From Chiloscyllium plagiosum (lineage: Eukaryota): DNA of 64,000 bases. Shown in pieces: positions 49,541-63,061 of this stretch. A program made the position numbers and the translations under genes. The stretch covers positions 77,016,079 through 77,080,078 of the forward strand of contig NC_057718.1 of the NCBI RefSeq assembly GCF_004010195.1, read 5' to 3'. Within the stretch, counting starts at the first letter, position 1. Each line of letters begins with the position of its first letter. Under the pieces are notes generated by a model, which had not been told where the DNA came from, ran no database searches, and worked only from the letters and a program-made list of their open reading frames with translations.

Positions 49541-52500
49541 GATTTGCTAAGTTTATTTGAAGATTTTTCTTTAAGTTTATTAAAGATTTTTCCTTAGCAT
49601 TAAACAATTTTGCATTATTTCTGTTTATATTCTTGAATCTTGCAATTCTATGATTCCTAAAACCACTGTGGATGAAGAATTCAAATTCTAAGTTTGTTAT
49701 AACAAGATAAAAGCAAACATCCTTGCATATTGGCCTAGAAACACTACTGGCAACGATAATGCAACAGCTTGTGCAGTTAATGGGTATCTTTACAGTGTCA
49801 AACAATGTAATTTCTCTGTGTGGATTAACAATAATCACTGCAGATCATTTTGTTTACCTATTATATAGTAAAACAGTCAATAATAGATGTGTAACAGGCA
49901 GGTATACAATTTTTGTCCATGTTACACAGTCACTCAAATTAAAAACTCCCCATTCCCACCTCCACCCCAACTGTCACCAAACTGTCCTTAAAACCTTAAA
50001 AAAGGATGCAAAATACTTTCCAAAGTACAACAAACACATATTGTTATAAGTGCGTTGTGAGTAGCACTCACAGTTTAAGCATTAATTCATGTGTTGGGGC
50101 TGCATTTATAATGATGCGTGTTTATCGTCTCCACCTCCGTAATTTCCAAGTATATTTTGTTTCATTGTCTTTTAGGTTCGGCAGATCATAAGCTTTTAGG
50201 ATTGAAATGCAAAATGTATTTTAGATTGGTATTGGAGCAAAGATCAAAATAATAATTTGCTGGCCTTTGCAAACAAAAGGGGCAACTTCAAATTCCTACA
50301 TTCCATCAAATGATTTGTGTCAGTCATTTTTCAATATTTTAGATCCCCTTTTTAACATGTTTTGATATAACTCTCTTTCCACTATTTTGATAGAGGAGCC
50401 AACTGATTGGGAAGAGATTATATTAAAAATGTATGTTTACAGTTCAGATTATGCTCTGTGTTATTTTCATTGGTGAGGGCATTTGTTTTGCTTTGTTATT
50501 TATTCTCCCATACCCCTGCATTCAATCAGTTTGAGTCTCTTTTGAATCATGAATTTTTAACATTATTAGGGCATTTCCTTATAAACTCTGGCATCCTACT
50601 CCCAAAGGTTTTAACTTCTGTCTTTCCTTCTTTAAGATAGTCCTTAAAATCTATCTTTAATTATGGTTTTGGTTACTAGTTTCTATGAAGTGCAACTCAT
50701 TTTTATTATTGGAACAGTGAAAGTGGGTGTATTGAAATACTGGAAGTGGTAGCTGTAATGGAGTAATATTTTCTGTATTCCTTACTCCATTGCTTCATTT
50801 ATCTCTATTTCAGGAGTGAATTTAGGCTGATGTTGCTGCATTATCAGAGGTGCTGTGTTTCAGATTTGTTGTTAAGTCATCTCTCCATGTTTCTATGGTG
50901 GCAACGGATCCCATTTTCCATTTGAAGAATGTGGAATTCTCTTATTTTCCAGGCCAGTTTCCTGAAATATTACAATGCCTCGCTAACCATGTTCTTCATT
51001 TACTGCTTATTGAGACTTTTGCTATGTTTAAATCTATTGTCCAACTTTGTAACCATGACTGCACTTAAAAATTAATTAGGGAGAATTGTTGCGCTGTGAA
51101 GCAGTTTCAGACATCCTAAGAAGCAAATGTAATATCATTACAAATTCTTTCTTCTTGAAAATGGCTTTTATAATTTCTTAGAGACAATTGTAATGGAAAT
51201 TTCACCTGGGTTAAATTGTTGTTAGAAGTGTTTGGAGGTTAATCATCTTTTTGATCATGCTATATATTTCTTATTCTTCAAAAGCTGATCAACAAACAGT
51301 AAGAGAAACTTCAGGAAGAAAACTTTCTCTTTGTCCCCAAGTCTCTAAAAGAAACTGCAGTTTTTTCAAATTCCTACCATACCGATCAGCTGTGAAACCT
51401 ACACCTTCATTGCATATACCATTAATAAGCGCTTAGAATCTTACCCTCTGCTTGATCTTCAGCCTGAATGACAAGATCTCCCTCATGTGCATATGTGTGC
51501 TATTACATGCATATGAACGTCATGCTTCTAAATTTTGTTCTGGCATTTTGTTACCACCTTATAATAAAAAAAGGTAGATTAATGTTGGCCTGGTATAAAG
51601 TTGCTGTTGTGAATCAATCCATCCAGTCCTGTCAAATGTTTTTAAAAAAGCAGCCAAGGAGTGTCATTTTTAAGGAACATCGTTTTGAACACATCTTTCT
51701 CAAGAATTTTTATTTCCATTTGGCCTGTGACCTAACAAAATCATCTTTCGGAAAAGCACTATTTTCAGTCACTTTTACGTGTCAAGGAGTTCTGTATGCT
51801 CCAGCACAGAAAGGGTTACATTATTACTTTTGAACCAGTAGCAAATACTTGACCATTATTGCAGAGTTTAAGGAGTTTTAAAGGTTTTGCTTTTCTTTGA
51901 AAGCAGGATGTGGTTAAAATGTCATCCACCTATATTCCAGTTCTTCTAGAATATGGTTTGTAAACCAAACCAAAACAGGTTGCTGTGCACTTCAGCCAGT
52001 GCTCTTGTAATCTGATCAACAGATATCCAGTTTGCTTAATCAACATGAAAGCAACGCATGGGGATTGGTTGAAATTCAGTTCATGAACTGCCAGTCATTT
52101 TAGCAGCATTGACTGTAGTTATTATCTAGACATGAAATTTCCCTTCTGTCTGAATCATTTTATGGGAGAAAATATAGCACAAGAACAGAATATGGGTTTT
52201 TTGCTGTCTAAGTAAGCTTGGCTAATTTCAAAATGAGAAATCACCGACGAGTCTAGTTAAGATTATGATCAAAGTGGACAGCTCTTTCACACCATTGGTT
52301 GATTGACTACAGTATTTTATGTAATGGCAGGTTCCTTTCCACTACATCCCATGGAAATAAAAATCAAATTGACCAGGAATTAGTTTGGAAGTATTTCCAC
52401 TCTGATGCTGTTACTTTGCCAAAAGTATGCCAAAACTCTGCTCCAGCAGATTTAAACAAGATTCAAAAATTGAGAAAGAAACAGGACTCTTTTTTTTTAG

Positions 52501-54467
52501 AAAAAGGAGTGTCTGATAAGGAGGACAGATTACAGTCCAATCATTATAGAAAAAAAGAAATAAAGAGGAAAGAAAGATTGGATTAAGACAGAGAAAAATA
52601 GAAATAAAGATGACAAGAAAGAATTAGAAATTAAAATGTTGCTATTTTAAAAATCTCTAACAAGTTGCTCCATAAGAATGAAAACATACAAACACGATTT
52701 TGAGGTAGAATCTTTCAAGTCTGCTTTACCATTTAATAAGATTGCGGTTGATCTATTTGTTCCCTCCCTGATTTAGTAGTAATCACATTGTTAAAAAGTA
52801 CTTATATTGTTATTCCAGTTCTAATTTAATCTAATGTAAAAGATTGATGCATACAAATCCAAAAAGTTCTTAATAATATTATTGAAACTAGGCATGATCC
52901 CATTTTGGAAGGCAAAATGTAGACTAGAAAGTTTTTTAAAGATTTGTAACTGATGTATTTCTTAATTCAGTGAATGTGTTGACAAGCTTTTTCATTACTA
53001 AAGCATGGATCATCAACATACAGTTATTATTCCAGCAAAATCTGGCCTGTTGTGCACATACATTCTGGTAAAGTGATGTTGGCTCTGTGGAATTTCCCAG
53101 CATTGTCAAATATCCCATAAATCAAAATCTCATTTTCCACTGATATTGCTTCAGTCTCTTTTTGAAAGTGCTAATTAATTTTGAATTTGGAAGTTTATTA
53201 TGAGCATCCCCAGCTGTGTAGGCAAATTTAATTTTTTTTTCTAATGTCTATTTGTATGTCCATCAGTAAAATAACAAAATAGATGAACTTGCTTAAATCC
53301 AAACAGATATGTAACTCAAGTGTAAAGTTTTGGAGTTTTACTGTTGTACTTCAAGGACCATTTTCCATAGCTGCTTTCAAGTAAAACATACTCAGGTTTA
53401 AAACTGTTTGGCATAAAGGATGGCATGCATTTCCCTTTGAATTGTAAGCTATCTGCGAAAATAACTGGGCCGTGTATTTGGAGGTCACATCGTCAATCAT
53501 GAAATGGGCCATTCAGCATTGATGAGTGAGGCTTTACTACTTACTTGCTATTTGAAAATTGAAACTAACTGGAAGTTTTGTCTATAAGATGTCACTAATA
53601 GGGCCATACCAGATAACAATCTTTAAAACAAATGCAATGAATGTTCCAATGTAGTGTAGTGATCTTCAGATCGCGTCAGATATTTACACATCCACACACA
53701 TGCAAATTACATTTCCTTTTTTCTAGTTAATATTTTACTTAATAACCGAGGTCATCATTTCATATTACACAACCCATATTTGAAACTTTTCAAAGGATCA
53801 TTGCCTGCCTGTACAGTAAGAAGAACCAGATCAAAATCCTGCTCTGGAATATGTTGTGTTACACTAAGAGAATTAATGGGTCTGTAGATGTTTCCCTGTT
53901 GAGCAATACTCTTAATGGGAATGGGGAGTGCTGTGTGTACCAATCCCTGCCACCAAAAACGAGACCAATTCAAGGTAACTGCTGTGCCGGTGACTGAGTC
54001 AGCCTCTGATTGTTGACTTCTTAATTAGTTTTACAAAGTACCCATGCTTCCAGCCAGGTTTCATGCCTGATCCAACTTCCAGGAAAAAGCTCAAGCCCAG
54101 TATAACACCACAAAACTGGCAGACCAGATGGCATAGTGAACTTGGACACCCACCTGCCTCTTTTCTTGCACATGTAATCAGACCAGAAATCTGCCAAATA
54201 CAATTTCTGATCAAACTTGTTCACATGATCTTGGGGGGGATTGATGTTATTCAAAGCCCTGCCCAACTATAGACATGTTCACCTCTTGAGGGCCCAAACA
54301 AAGACAACTTCACCAGCACCATTCAGAGGAAGGCTTGGGCTTGGACCTGCAGCATGTCAGGTGGTCACTGGGGTAGAGGCAATAGGCCTGAAGTAGGAGC
54401 ACTTTGGATGAGGTTTCCACTTCTATATCCACTTTCATCATCATATCTACTCTAAACCAATGCCATA

Positions 54468-54817
54468 TAGAGTCATAGAGTCATACAGCATAGACGCAGA
54501 CCCTTCGGTCTAACCAGTCCATGCTGACCATGTCCCCAAACTGAACTACTCCCACCTGCCTGTGCTTAACCCGTATGCCTCCGAAGCTTTCCTATTCATG
54601 AACTTCTAAAAATGTCCTTTAAATGTTGGAACTGTACCTGTATCCATCACTTCCGCTGGCAGTTCATTCCACATACAAACCACTCTCTTTATGAAAACCT
54701 TTCCCCTCGTGTCCTTTTTTAAGTATTTCTCCTCTCACCTTAAAAATATGCCCCTAGTTTTGAACTCCCCCACCCCAGGAAAAAGACCCTTGTCATTCAT
54801 TTTATCTATGCCCCTCA
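54468..54817 (-). mobile_element. CR1 3' fragment
   Basis: Antisense (ATAGAGTC)n tail. Confidence 0.85.
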
Positions 54818-56250
54818 TGAACAAAGAACAAAGAACATTTACAGCCCAGGAACAGGCCCTTCGGCCCTCCAAGCCTGAGCCGATCCAAATCAACTGTCTA
54901 AACCTGTCGCCCAATTCCTAAGCTTCTGTATCCCTCTGCTCCCCACCTCATGCATCTGTCCAGGCGCATCTTTAATGAATGTACCGTGCCTGCCTCTACC
55001 ACCTCTGCTGGCAACACATTCCAAACGCCTACCGCCCTCTGTGTGAAGTACTTGCTGCATGTATCCCCCTTAAACTTTCCACCTCTCACCTTGAAAGAGT
55101 GACCTCTCTTTATTGAATCCTTCACCTTACCCTGGGAAAAAACTTGTCTCTATCCACCCTGTCTATACCCTTCATGATTTTATAAAACTCAAACAGGTTC
55201 CCCCTCAATCTCCTTTTTTCTAATGAAAATAAACCTTACCTACTCAACCTCTCTTCATAGCTAGTACTTTCCGTACCAGGCAACATCCTCGTAAACCTTC
55301 TCTACACCCTCTCCAAAGTAGGTATAAACAATGACTGCAGATGCTGGAAACCAGATTCTGGATTAGAGTGGTGCTGGAACACAGCAGTTCAGGCAGCATC
55401 CGAGGAGCAGGAAAATCGTTTTGGGCAAAAGCCCTTCATCAGGAATAGAGGCAGAGTGCCTGAAGGGTGGAGAGATAAATGAGAGGAGGATGGGGGTGGG
55501 AAGCAAGTAGCATAGAGTACAATAGGTGAAGAAATGACCTGGGAGTTGCAGTGGGAGAAAGACTCCCTGAGATTCTTGTAGAGAGAGGAGGAAAACTTCT
55601 TCAAGACAGGCATCCTTGCAAGAGGATTCGCAGTAGGGTTAAAATCAACTAGGTAAAAACAATGACTGCAGATGCTGTAAACCAGATTCTGGATTAGAGT
55701 GGTGCTGGAAAAGCACAGCAGTTCAGGCAGCATCCGAGGAGCAGGAAAATCGACATTTCGGGCAAAAGCCCTTCATTAGGAAGGAGGCAGAGTGCCTGAA
55801 GGGTGTCCACATCCTTTTGGTAATGTGGCGATACAGTATTCTAAATGTGGCCGAACCAATGTCTTGTATAATTTTAACATGACTTGCCAGCTCTTATACT
55901 CAATACCCCAACCAATGAGGGCAGGCATACTATATGCCTTCTTGACCACTCTATCCACCTGTGCAGCAAACGTCAGGGTAAAATGGACCTGCAACTCCCA
56001 GATCTCTCTGCCCATCAACTTTTCCCAAGGCTCTTCCGTTCATTGTGTAATTCGCTCTAGAATTAGTCCTGTCTAAATGCATCACCTCACATATGTCTGG
56101 ATTGTAAATCATCTGCCACTATTCTGCCCAACTCTCCAGTCTATCCATATCCTCCTGTATTCTCTGACAGTCCCTTAGGCTTTCTGCTACTCCACCAATC
56201 TTCATGTCATCTGCAAACTTGCTGATCATACCAACAGTGCCCTCTTCCAG
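54818..56250 (-). mobile_element. CR1 LINE, third subfamily, interrupted at 55319-55804
   Basis: (GAACAAA)n antisense tail; RGHSFKVRGGKFKGD; LYKTLVRPHLEYC; antisense SKFADD. Confidence 0.85.
55319..55804 (-). mobile_element. Non-autonomous PLE derivative with two direct terminal repeats, each with a mutated hammerhead
   Basis: 55319-~55470 repeated at 55650-~55804 (period 331 nt); same repeat family as 676-921. Confidence 0.8.
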
Positions 56251-56469
56251 AAGAATGCACACTCTCACGTGAATTCTCCATAGCTGACCCAATCACTAGT
56301 GCCTGCTTGTGCTCACTTGAAAGATGCAACATATCAAGTGAAAACTCAACTCATTAATTAGATCCACAGAAGTGAGTATTTGTGTCAGTGCATGGCTATG
56401 AGTCCTCTAGCAGTGCACTTTTAGACAGAATGAGGTTTTCTGAGGAATTGACCTCAATATATTTGAGGA

Positions 56470-57054
56470 TGCAGTGCACTGAGTATAGGAGTTGGGCAGT
56501 CATGTTGTGGCTGTACAAGACATTGGTTAGACCACTTTTGGAATACTGCATGAAGTTCTGGTCCCTCTGCTATGGGAAACTTGTGAAAGGGTTCAGAAAA
56601 GATTTACAAGGGTGTCGCCAGGGTTGGAGGGTTTGAGCTACAGGAAGAGGCTGAATAGACTGTGGCTATTTTCCCTGGAATATTGGAGGCTGAGTGATGA
56701 CCTTATAGAGGTTTATAAAACCATGAGGGGCATGGATAGGGTGAATAGCCATGGTCTTTTCCCTGGGATGGGGTAGTCCAAAACTAGAGGGCATAGCTTT
56801 AAGGTGAGAGGAGAAAAATTTGAAAGGGACCTAAGGGCAGAGGGTTGTGTGTATATGGAATGAGCTGCCAGAGGAAGTGGTGGAGGCTGGTACAACATTT
56901 AAAAGGCATCTGGATTGGTAAATGAATAGTAAGGGTTTATAGGGATATGGGCCAACTGCTGGCAAATGGGACTAGATTAGGTTGGGATATCTGGTTGATA
57001 TGGATGAGTTGGACCGAAGGGTGTTTCCATGCTGTCCATCTCTATGACTCTATG
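56470..57054 (+). mobile_element. CR1 3' fragment
   Basis: LYKTLVRPLLEYCMKFWS; 3' tail. Confidence 0.85.
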
Positions 57055-57775
57055 ATATTTGGTGTACAGATTTTTAAAAACCGAAGAAAGGGATATGATT
57101 TAGTCACAGTCTTGGCAATCATCACATCAATAGTGTTAATATTCTGTCATTGATGGATAAAGTCTGCATCAGTGTCAGAGATATTTGGAATTCTGGCACG
57201 ATTTGTGGGTTCCTTGAAACTCCAAAAATAATTTAACTGGCAGAGGGGAGGGACTGGGGAGTTATCGTCAGCTGAGGGATTGGAGGCTAGAGCCCCAAAA
57301 TATGTCAGCATGATGGCAACACAACACAAACTTGTTCAATTCCCACTTTTATATGAATGCAATTGAAGGTACATGGGAAACTTCCTTGACGATGTCTCAA
57401 ATTAGATACAGTACAGGGTCAAGTAATTCTGACTTTAATCTAGCATTCTGCCTTTAACAGTCAGTGCCTAAGCTTTCTAAGCTGTGTGAAACTTGCCAAT
57501 AAGGTGAACGCACAGTAATGACGTACTGCCCTGTGAAATTAATAGGCTGGAAAGCCTTTGAGACCTTCATCATTTCCTTACCTAGATGAAAATTTATGAA
57601 TGTAGGACTTTCTCAGGAGTTCTACTTCACCTGCTTCACAGGTGGTGTTCACTTGGAGACAATGTCAGTATCTTGTACTTTATGCGCATTGATCTACACT
57701 TTCCTGCTGTCAGTCTTCATCACAGCCTGCGGATCATTTGTGTTTTAGGCCTCTGATGAAGAACAACACAAGCAT

Positions 57776-57910
57776 AAAACAAAATCAAAGCACTCTTGAT
57801 GTGGGAAATCTGATATAAAACCAAAAAAGCAAGAAATGCTCAACATGTCTAGCAGCATCTGTTAAGAGCAAAGCAGAGTTAATATTTTCAGTCAATGAGC
57901 TTTCATAAGA
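57776..57910 (-). mobile_element. Old PLE terminal-repeat relic
   Basis: CTCAACATGTCTAGCAGCATCTGT..GCAGAGTTAATATTTT resembles 62-160. Confidence 0.5.
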
Positions 57911-59535
57911 AAAATCAGCACCAGGAGCAATGCCACAGTGTCAACAACTACCTTCTCTTTATCCAAATCTTGCCTTGCAGGACAGCATGACTGAACACAG
58001 AGCTCCAGCTCACACAAGGCATGGGACATATAGACTGAGATTCATTTTTGGACATAACTCATGCTTTCTCAGCAGGTCATTGTCGTAGTCTGCCACCTCC
58101 TGGTAGACTAGCTCCCCCCCAATAAACCAGCTGGGCATGCATTGCCAATAACTATCAGAGCTTTCAGAGCCCCAAACTCCTTTGTGTGCAGCCACTACAG
58201 GGACCTACTAGTGAGAGATAGGAATTAACAATCTGTTCCCCATCTTCCCATCTTCATATGAAGGATACCCTCACTGTGTTATGTGGCACTACCACCATGT
58301 AAAATAGCACAGGTTTCTAACAGATCTAACTATGCAAAATTGGACATCCATGAGGCATTGTGAGCCATCAACAGCAGCAAAAATATACAACAACGCAATC
58401 TTTAACCTCTCAGCCTGCCATATCCTCTGCTGTACCATTACCATTAAGCCAAGGTATCAATACTTGTTCAGTAAACAATTCAGGAGGACATGTGAGGATC
58501 AGGGCCAGGCAGACCTAAAAATGAGGTGTCACCTATTTGCATGTCTAGCAGCAAAAGTAGCAACTTATAGACAGGGCTAATTGATTCCATGACCAACAAA
58601 TCAGACCTCGGCTCAGTAGTCCTGCCACAACCAATCATGAATGGCAGTGGACAAGTAAAAAACTAACTGGAGAAGAAGCTGTACAAAGGAGACCAGCAGA
58701 TTAGTGCAAAAGATAGATTTGAAGCATTTGCAATAACTTCAGTCAGAAGTTCCAACTAACTAGGCCTCTTTCAGAGGTTCCCAGCATCAATGCCAATTCA
58801 GCTAATATGATTCATTCCATGTCAATCAAGACACAGTTAAAGACACTGGATACTACAAAGGCTAATAGTCCTGGCAATATTTAAGGAAGACATGCTCCAA
58901 AACTAGTTGAGCCAATAAGTAAGCTAACCCTGCGCAGCTACAATTTTGGCATATATCTGAAAATGTGAAAAATGGCCCAGGTGTGTCCTGACCATGAAAA
59001 GCAGGACAATTTAACTTGGTCAGTAATCGCTCTGAATCTACTCTAACATCAATCAGCGTTTTTTTAGCAATGACTGGTTTGGATTTACCAGGGCCACACC
59101 TCATGATCTATTTATAATCTTTAATGTATATATGGACAAAAAGTTGATATCCAGAGATGAGAGTGACAGTCCTTGACATCAAGACCACATTCCAACCAGT
59201 GTGGCAATAAGGACACCGAGGATAACTGGAATCAACAGGAATCAAAGACAAAACTCCCCATTGGTTGGAGTCATACCTACACATAGGAAGATGGTGATGG
59301 TTGTGGTTGTTGGAGGTCAGTCATCTCAGCTCTAGGCCATCTCTGTAGGATGTCCTCAGGGAAGTGTTCAAGGCTCAACCACCTTCAGCTACTTCATCAG
59401 TGATCTTCCCATCAAAATAATGTCAGAAGTGGGGTTTGCCAATTATTGCATGATATTCAGCACCATTTTTGACTCCTAAGATACTGTAGCATTCCATGTC
59501 CAAATGTAACAAAACCTGGACAATATCCAGATTAG

Positions 59536-62293
59536 GAAAAAGTGAGAACTGCAGATGCTGGAGATCAGAGTCAAAAACTTTGACACTGGAAAAGCATAGC
59601 AGGTCAGGCAGCGTCCAAGGAGCAGGAGAGTTGGCTTTTTAGGCATACACATTTAGTCAGGAATATGGGGGAGGGGGGAGGCCCAAGGACGTTGAGAGAT
59701 AAATAGGAGGGGAGTGGGTCTGAGAGGGAAGGTAGCTATGAAGGCGATAGGTGTATGCAGGTGGGGGGTGATGGTGATAGGTTGGAGCGGAAGGTGGAAT
59801 AGATAGGTGGGAAGGAAGATGGACAGGTGTAAGAAGTTCAAGAGGGCGGTGCTGAGTTAGAGGGTTGGATCTGGGATAAAATGGGGAGGGAAGATGAGAA
59901 AACTTGTGACATTAACATTGTTACCGTGTGGTTGGAGTGTCCCAGGTGGAGGATGAGGTATTCTTCCTCCAGGTGCGGGTGGCTAGGATTTGGCAATGGA
60001 GGAGGCCCAGGACTTGCATGTCCTTGGCGGAGTGGGAGGAAGAATTGAAGTGGTCAGCCACAGGGCAGTGGGGTTGTTGGGTGCATGTCTCCTGGAGATG
60101 TTCTTTGAAATGTTGCACAAGTTGGCATCCCCTCTCTCCAATGTAGAGGACACTACATCGAGAGCAATACACACAGTAGATGAGGTGCTTAGATGTGCAG
60201 GAAAATCTCTGCTGGATGTGGAAGGATCTTTGGGGGTTTAAATGGAGGTGAGTGGGGAGGTGTGGGCACAGGTGGTGGGGTGTGACAGTAGGTGGTGGAA
60301 ATGGCAGAGCATGTCACGCTGTATCTGGAGATTGGTGGGGTGGAAAGTGAGGACCAGGGATTCTATCCTTGTTAGGGTTGGAGGGGTGGGGTTCAAAGGC
60401 AGAGGTGTGGGAAGTGGAGGAGATGCACTGGAGGGCATTGTTGAGCACATGAGAGGGGAAATTGCAGTCCTTGAAGTAGGAGGCCATCTGGGATGTTTCA
60501 AAGTGGAATTGGTCCTCCTGGGAGCAGATGCAGCGGAGGCAGAGGAATTGAGAGTAAGGGATAGCATTTTTACGGGGGCTGGGGTAGGGGGGTGGTGGTG
60601 GGAGGAGATGTAGTCCAGGTAGCTATGGGAGTCAGTGGGTTTGAAATAGATGTCCGTGTTGAGTCAGTCACCAGAAATGGAGTTGGAGAAATCCAGGAAG
60701 GGGAGGGAGGTGTTCAAGATGGTCTAAGTGAACTTGAGGTCAGGGTTGAAGATGTTTGTGAAGTTGATCAACTGTTCAGCCTCCTGGTGTGAGCATGAGG
60801 TGGTGCCAATAGAGTCATCAATGTAGTGGAGGAAAAGGGGAATGGTGCCAGTGTAACTACGGAAGATGGACTGTTGCATGTACCCAATGAAGAAGCAGGC
60901 ATAGCTGGAGCCCATGCGGGTGCCCATGGCTACACCTTTGGTCTGAAGGAAGTGGGAGGATTCGGAGAAATTGTTGAGGGTGAGGACCACTTCAGCTAAT
61001 CAAATGAATGTGTCAGTGGAGGGGTACTGGTTGGGTTGGCAGGAGAGGAAGAAATAGAGGGTTTGGAGGCCTTCATCAAGGTGGATGGACGTGTATAGCG
61101 ACTGGATGTCCATGGTCATAGAATCCCTACAGAATGCCTACAGTGTGGAAACAGGCCATTTGGCCCAACAAATCCACAACGACTCTTCAAACAGTAGCCC
61201 ACCCAGACCCATTCCCCTACCCTATTACACTACATTTACCCCTGACTAATGCACCTAACCTGCACATCCCTGAACACTATGAGCAATTTAGCATGGCCAA
61301 GCAAGCTAAACTACACATCTTTGGATTGTGGGAGAAAATCGGAGCACCCGGAGGAATCCATGCAGACATGGGGAGAATGTGCAAACTCCACACAGGCAGT
61401 TGCCTGAGGCTGGAACCCGGGTGCTTGGCGCTGTGAGGCAGCAGTGCTAACCACTGAGCCACGATGGTGCCCTGCACCGTGAAGATGAGACATTGGGGGC
61501 TGGGGAAAAAGTCATGGAGGAGGTGGAAGTCATGTCCTGAATGCATGTGGGGAGTTCCTGGACCAAGGTGGACAGGGTGGTGTCAAGTTCAGTGGGGCAG
61601 GAGCAGGTGGAGGCAATGGGTCAAACGGGGCAGTCAGGTTTGACAATTTTAGGTAAAAGATAGAACCAGGTGGTGTGGGGCTCCGGGACTATGAGGTTGA
61701 AGGCAGTGGATGGGAGATCCCCTGAGGTGATGAGGCTGTATTTGGTCTGGGAGATGATAGTTTGGTGATGGGAGGTGAGGTGGTCGAGGGGTCAGTAGGA
61801 AGAGGTGTCCATGAGTTAGCGATATACAGGTCAGTATACAACTGCACCTTCTTTGTCCGCTGGTTTGATGGTGAGGTTGGGGTTGGAGCGGAGGGAGTGG
61901 AGGGTTGCATATTGCGAGGATGAGAGGTCGGAGTGGGTGAGGGAGTGGACAGGTTGAGGTGGTGACAGGTAGTCTTCATGGTGGTTTCAGCAGCGGTGGT
62001 CTTGGTGGTGATCGCGGAGGCAGTTGTCCTGGCAGCTATCACAGAGGCATATTTGGCAGTGGTCTGTGGGGTGGCGGCGGCGGAAGTGATATTATCATTG
62101 CTGCAGTGGTGGTAGCTGCAGTGACCATGTGGCTAAAGGTGTCCGAGCGGTTTTGGAGGCCGGGAGAAGGTTCTGGAACAATCGAGGAATTCTGAGTTTG
62201 GAGGTAAGTATATGAGAGTTTGGTGTAATTACGTTCCTTGATGTCCGATAAGCTGGAGAAAAAGCGTTTGTTGAGTGTGTGGATTCTTCTCAG
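59536..62293 (-). mobile_element. Long decayed Penelope-like retroelement (RT plus GIY-YIG)
   Basis: FTMDIQSLYTSI, LVLTLNNFS..QTKGVAMGTRMG..YA..LHYIDD, IYCVYCSRCSVLYIGE..HFN; terminal repeat at 59536-59665; possible TSD GATTAG. Confidence 0.9.
61116..61478 (-). mobile_element. HE1-like V-SINE inserted in the PLE RT
   Basis: Revcomp GTGGCTCAGTGGTTAGCACTGCTGCCTCACAGCGCC..TGTGTGGAGTTTGCACATTCTCCCC. Confidence 0.85.
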
Positions 62294-63061
62294 GATTAGT
62301 GCTGACAAATGGCAAGTCTCATTCATGCCATGCCCCCTGACATTCAAATGTGATACCATGACTGAATCCCCCACTATCAATATCCTGAGATTACCACTGG
62401 TCAGAAACTGAACTGCGCTAGCCAGGTAAATACAGTGGCTACAAGAGCAGGTCAGAAGCTCAGAAATCTGCAGCAGATCATTCACTTTCTGATTGTCCAA
62501 AGTCTGTCCATAAGGCATAAATCAGGAGTGTGATAAAACACAGCTCCAACAATAATCGAAACGCTTTCCATCATCCAAGTCAAAGCAGCCCACTTGATTG
62601 GCACTATATCCACAAACATTCACACTCTCAGCACCATTGCTCTGTAGCAGCAGTATGTACCATGTACAAGATGCACCGCATAAATTCACCAAGATTTGTT
62701 AGGCTGCACCCTCAAAGCCCATGGCCACTATCATCTGGAAGGACCACAGCAGTAAATATATCAGAACACCCCCACCTGCAGGTTCCCCTCTAAGCCATTC
62801 TAACTTTGAAATATGTCAACATTCCTTCACTGTCACTGGGTTAACATCCTGGAACTTTCTACCTAACAGCATTGTGGGTGAAATTACACCAATAGAACTA
62901 CAGGAGTTAGAGCATAGCTCACTATAACCTTCTCAAGGCCTATTGGGGCTGGGCAATATAGGCTGGCCTATACTGCCATTTACATCTATTTTGCTACTGA
63001 TGAGAACAGTCAGAATCAGATGGTTCTTGTATCTGCTGTATTAGTTGTATTTACAAACATA

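Larger units (their letters stand above)
58440..62970 (+). mobile_element. L2/CR1-type LINE split by a long PLE
   Basis: Collinear with the reverse complement of 23405-25900; LDNIQ|..ADKWQV joined across the insertion. Confidence 0.75.
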
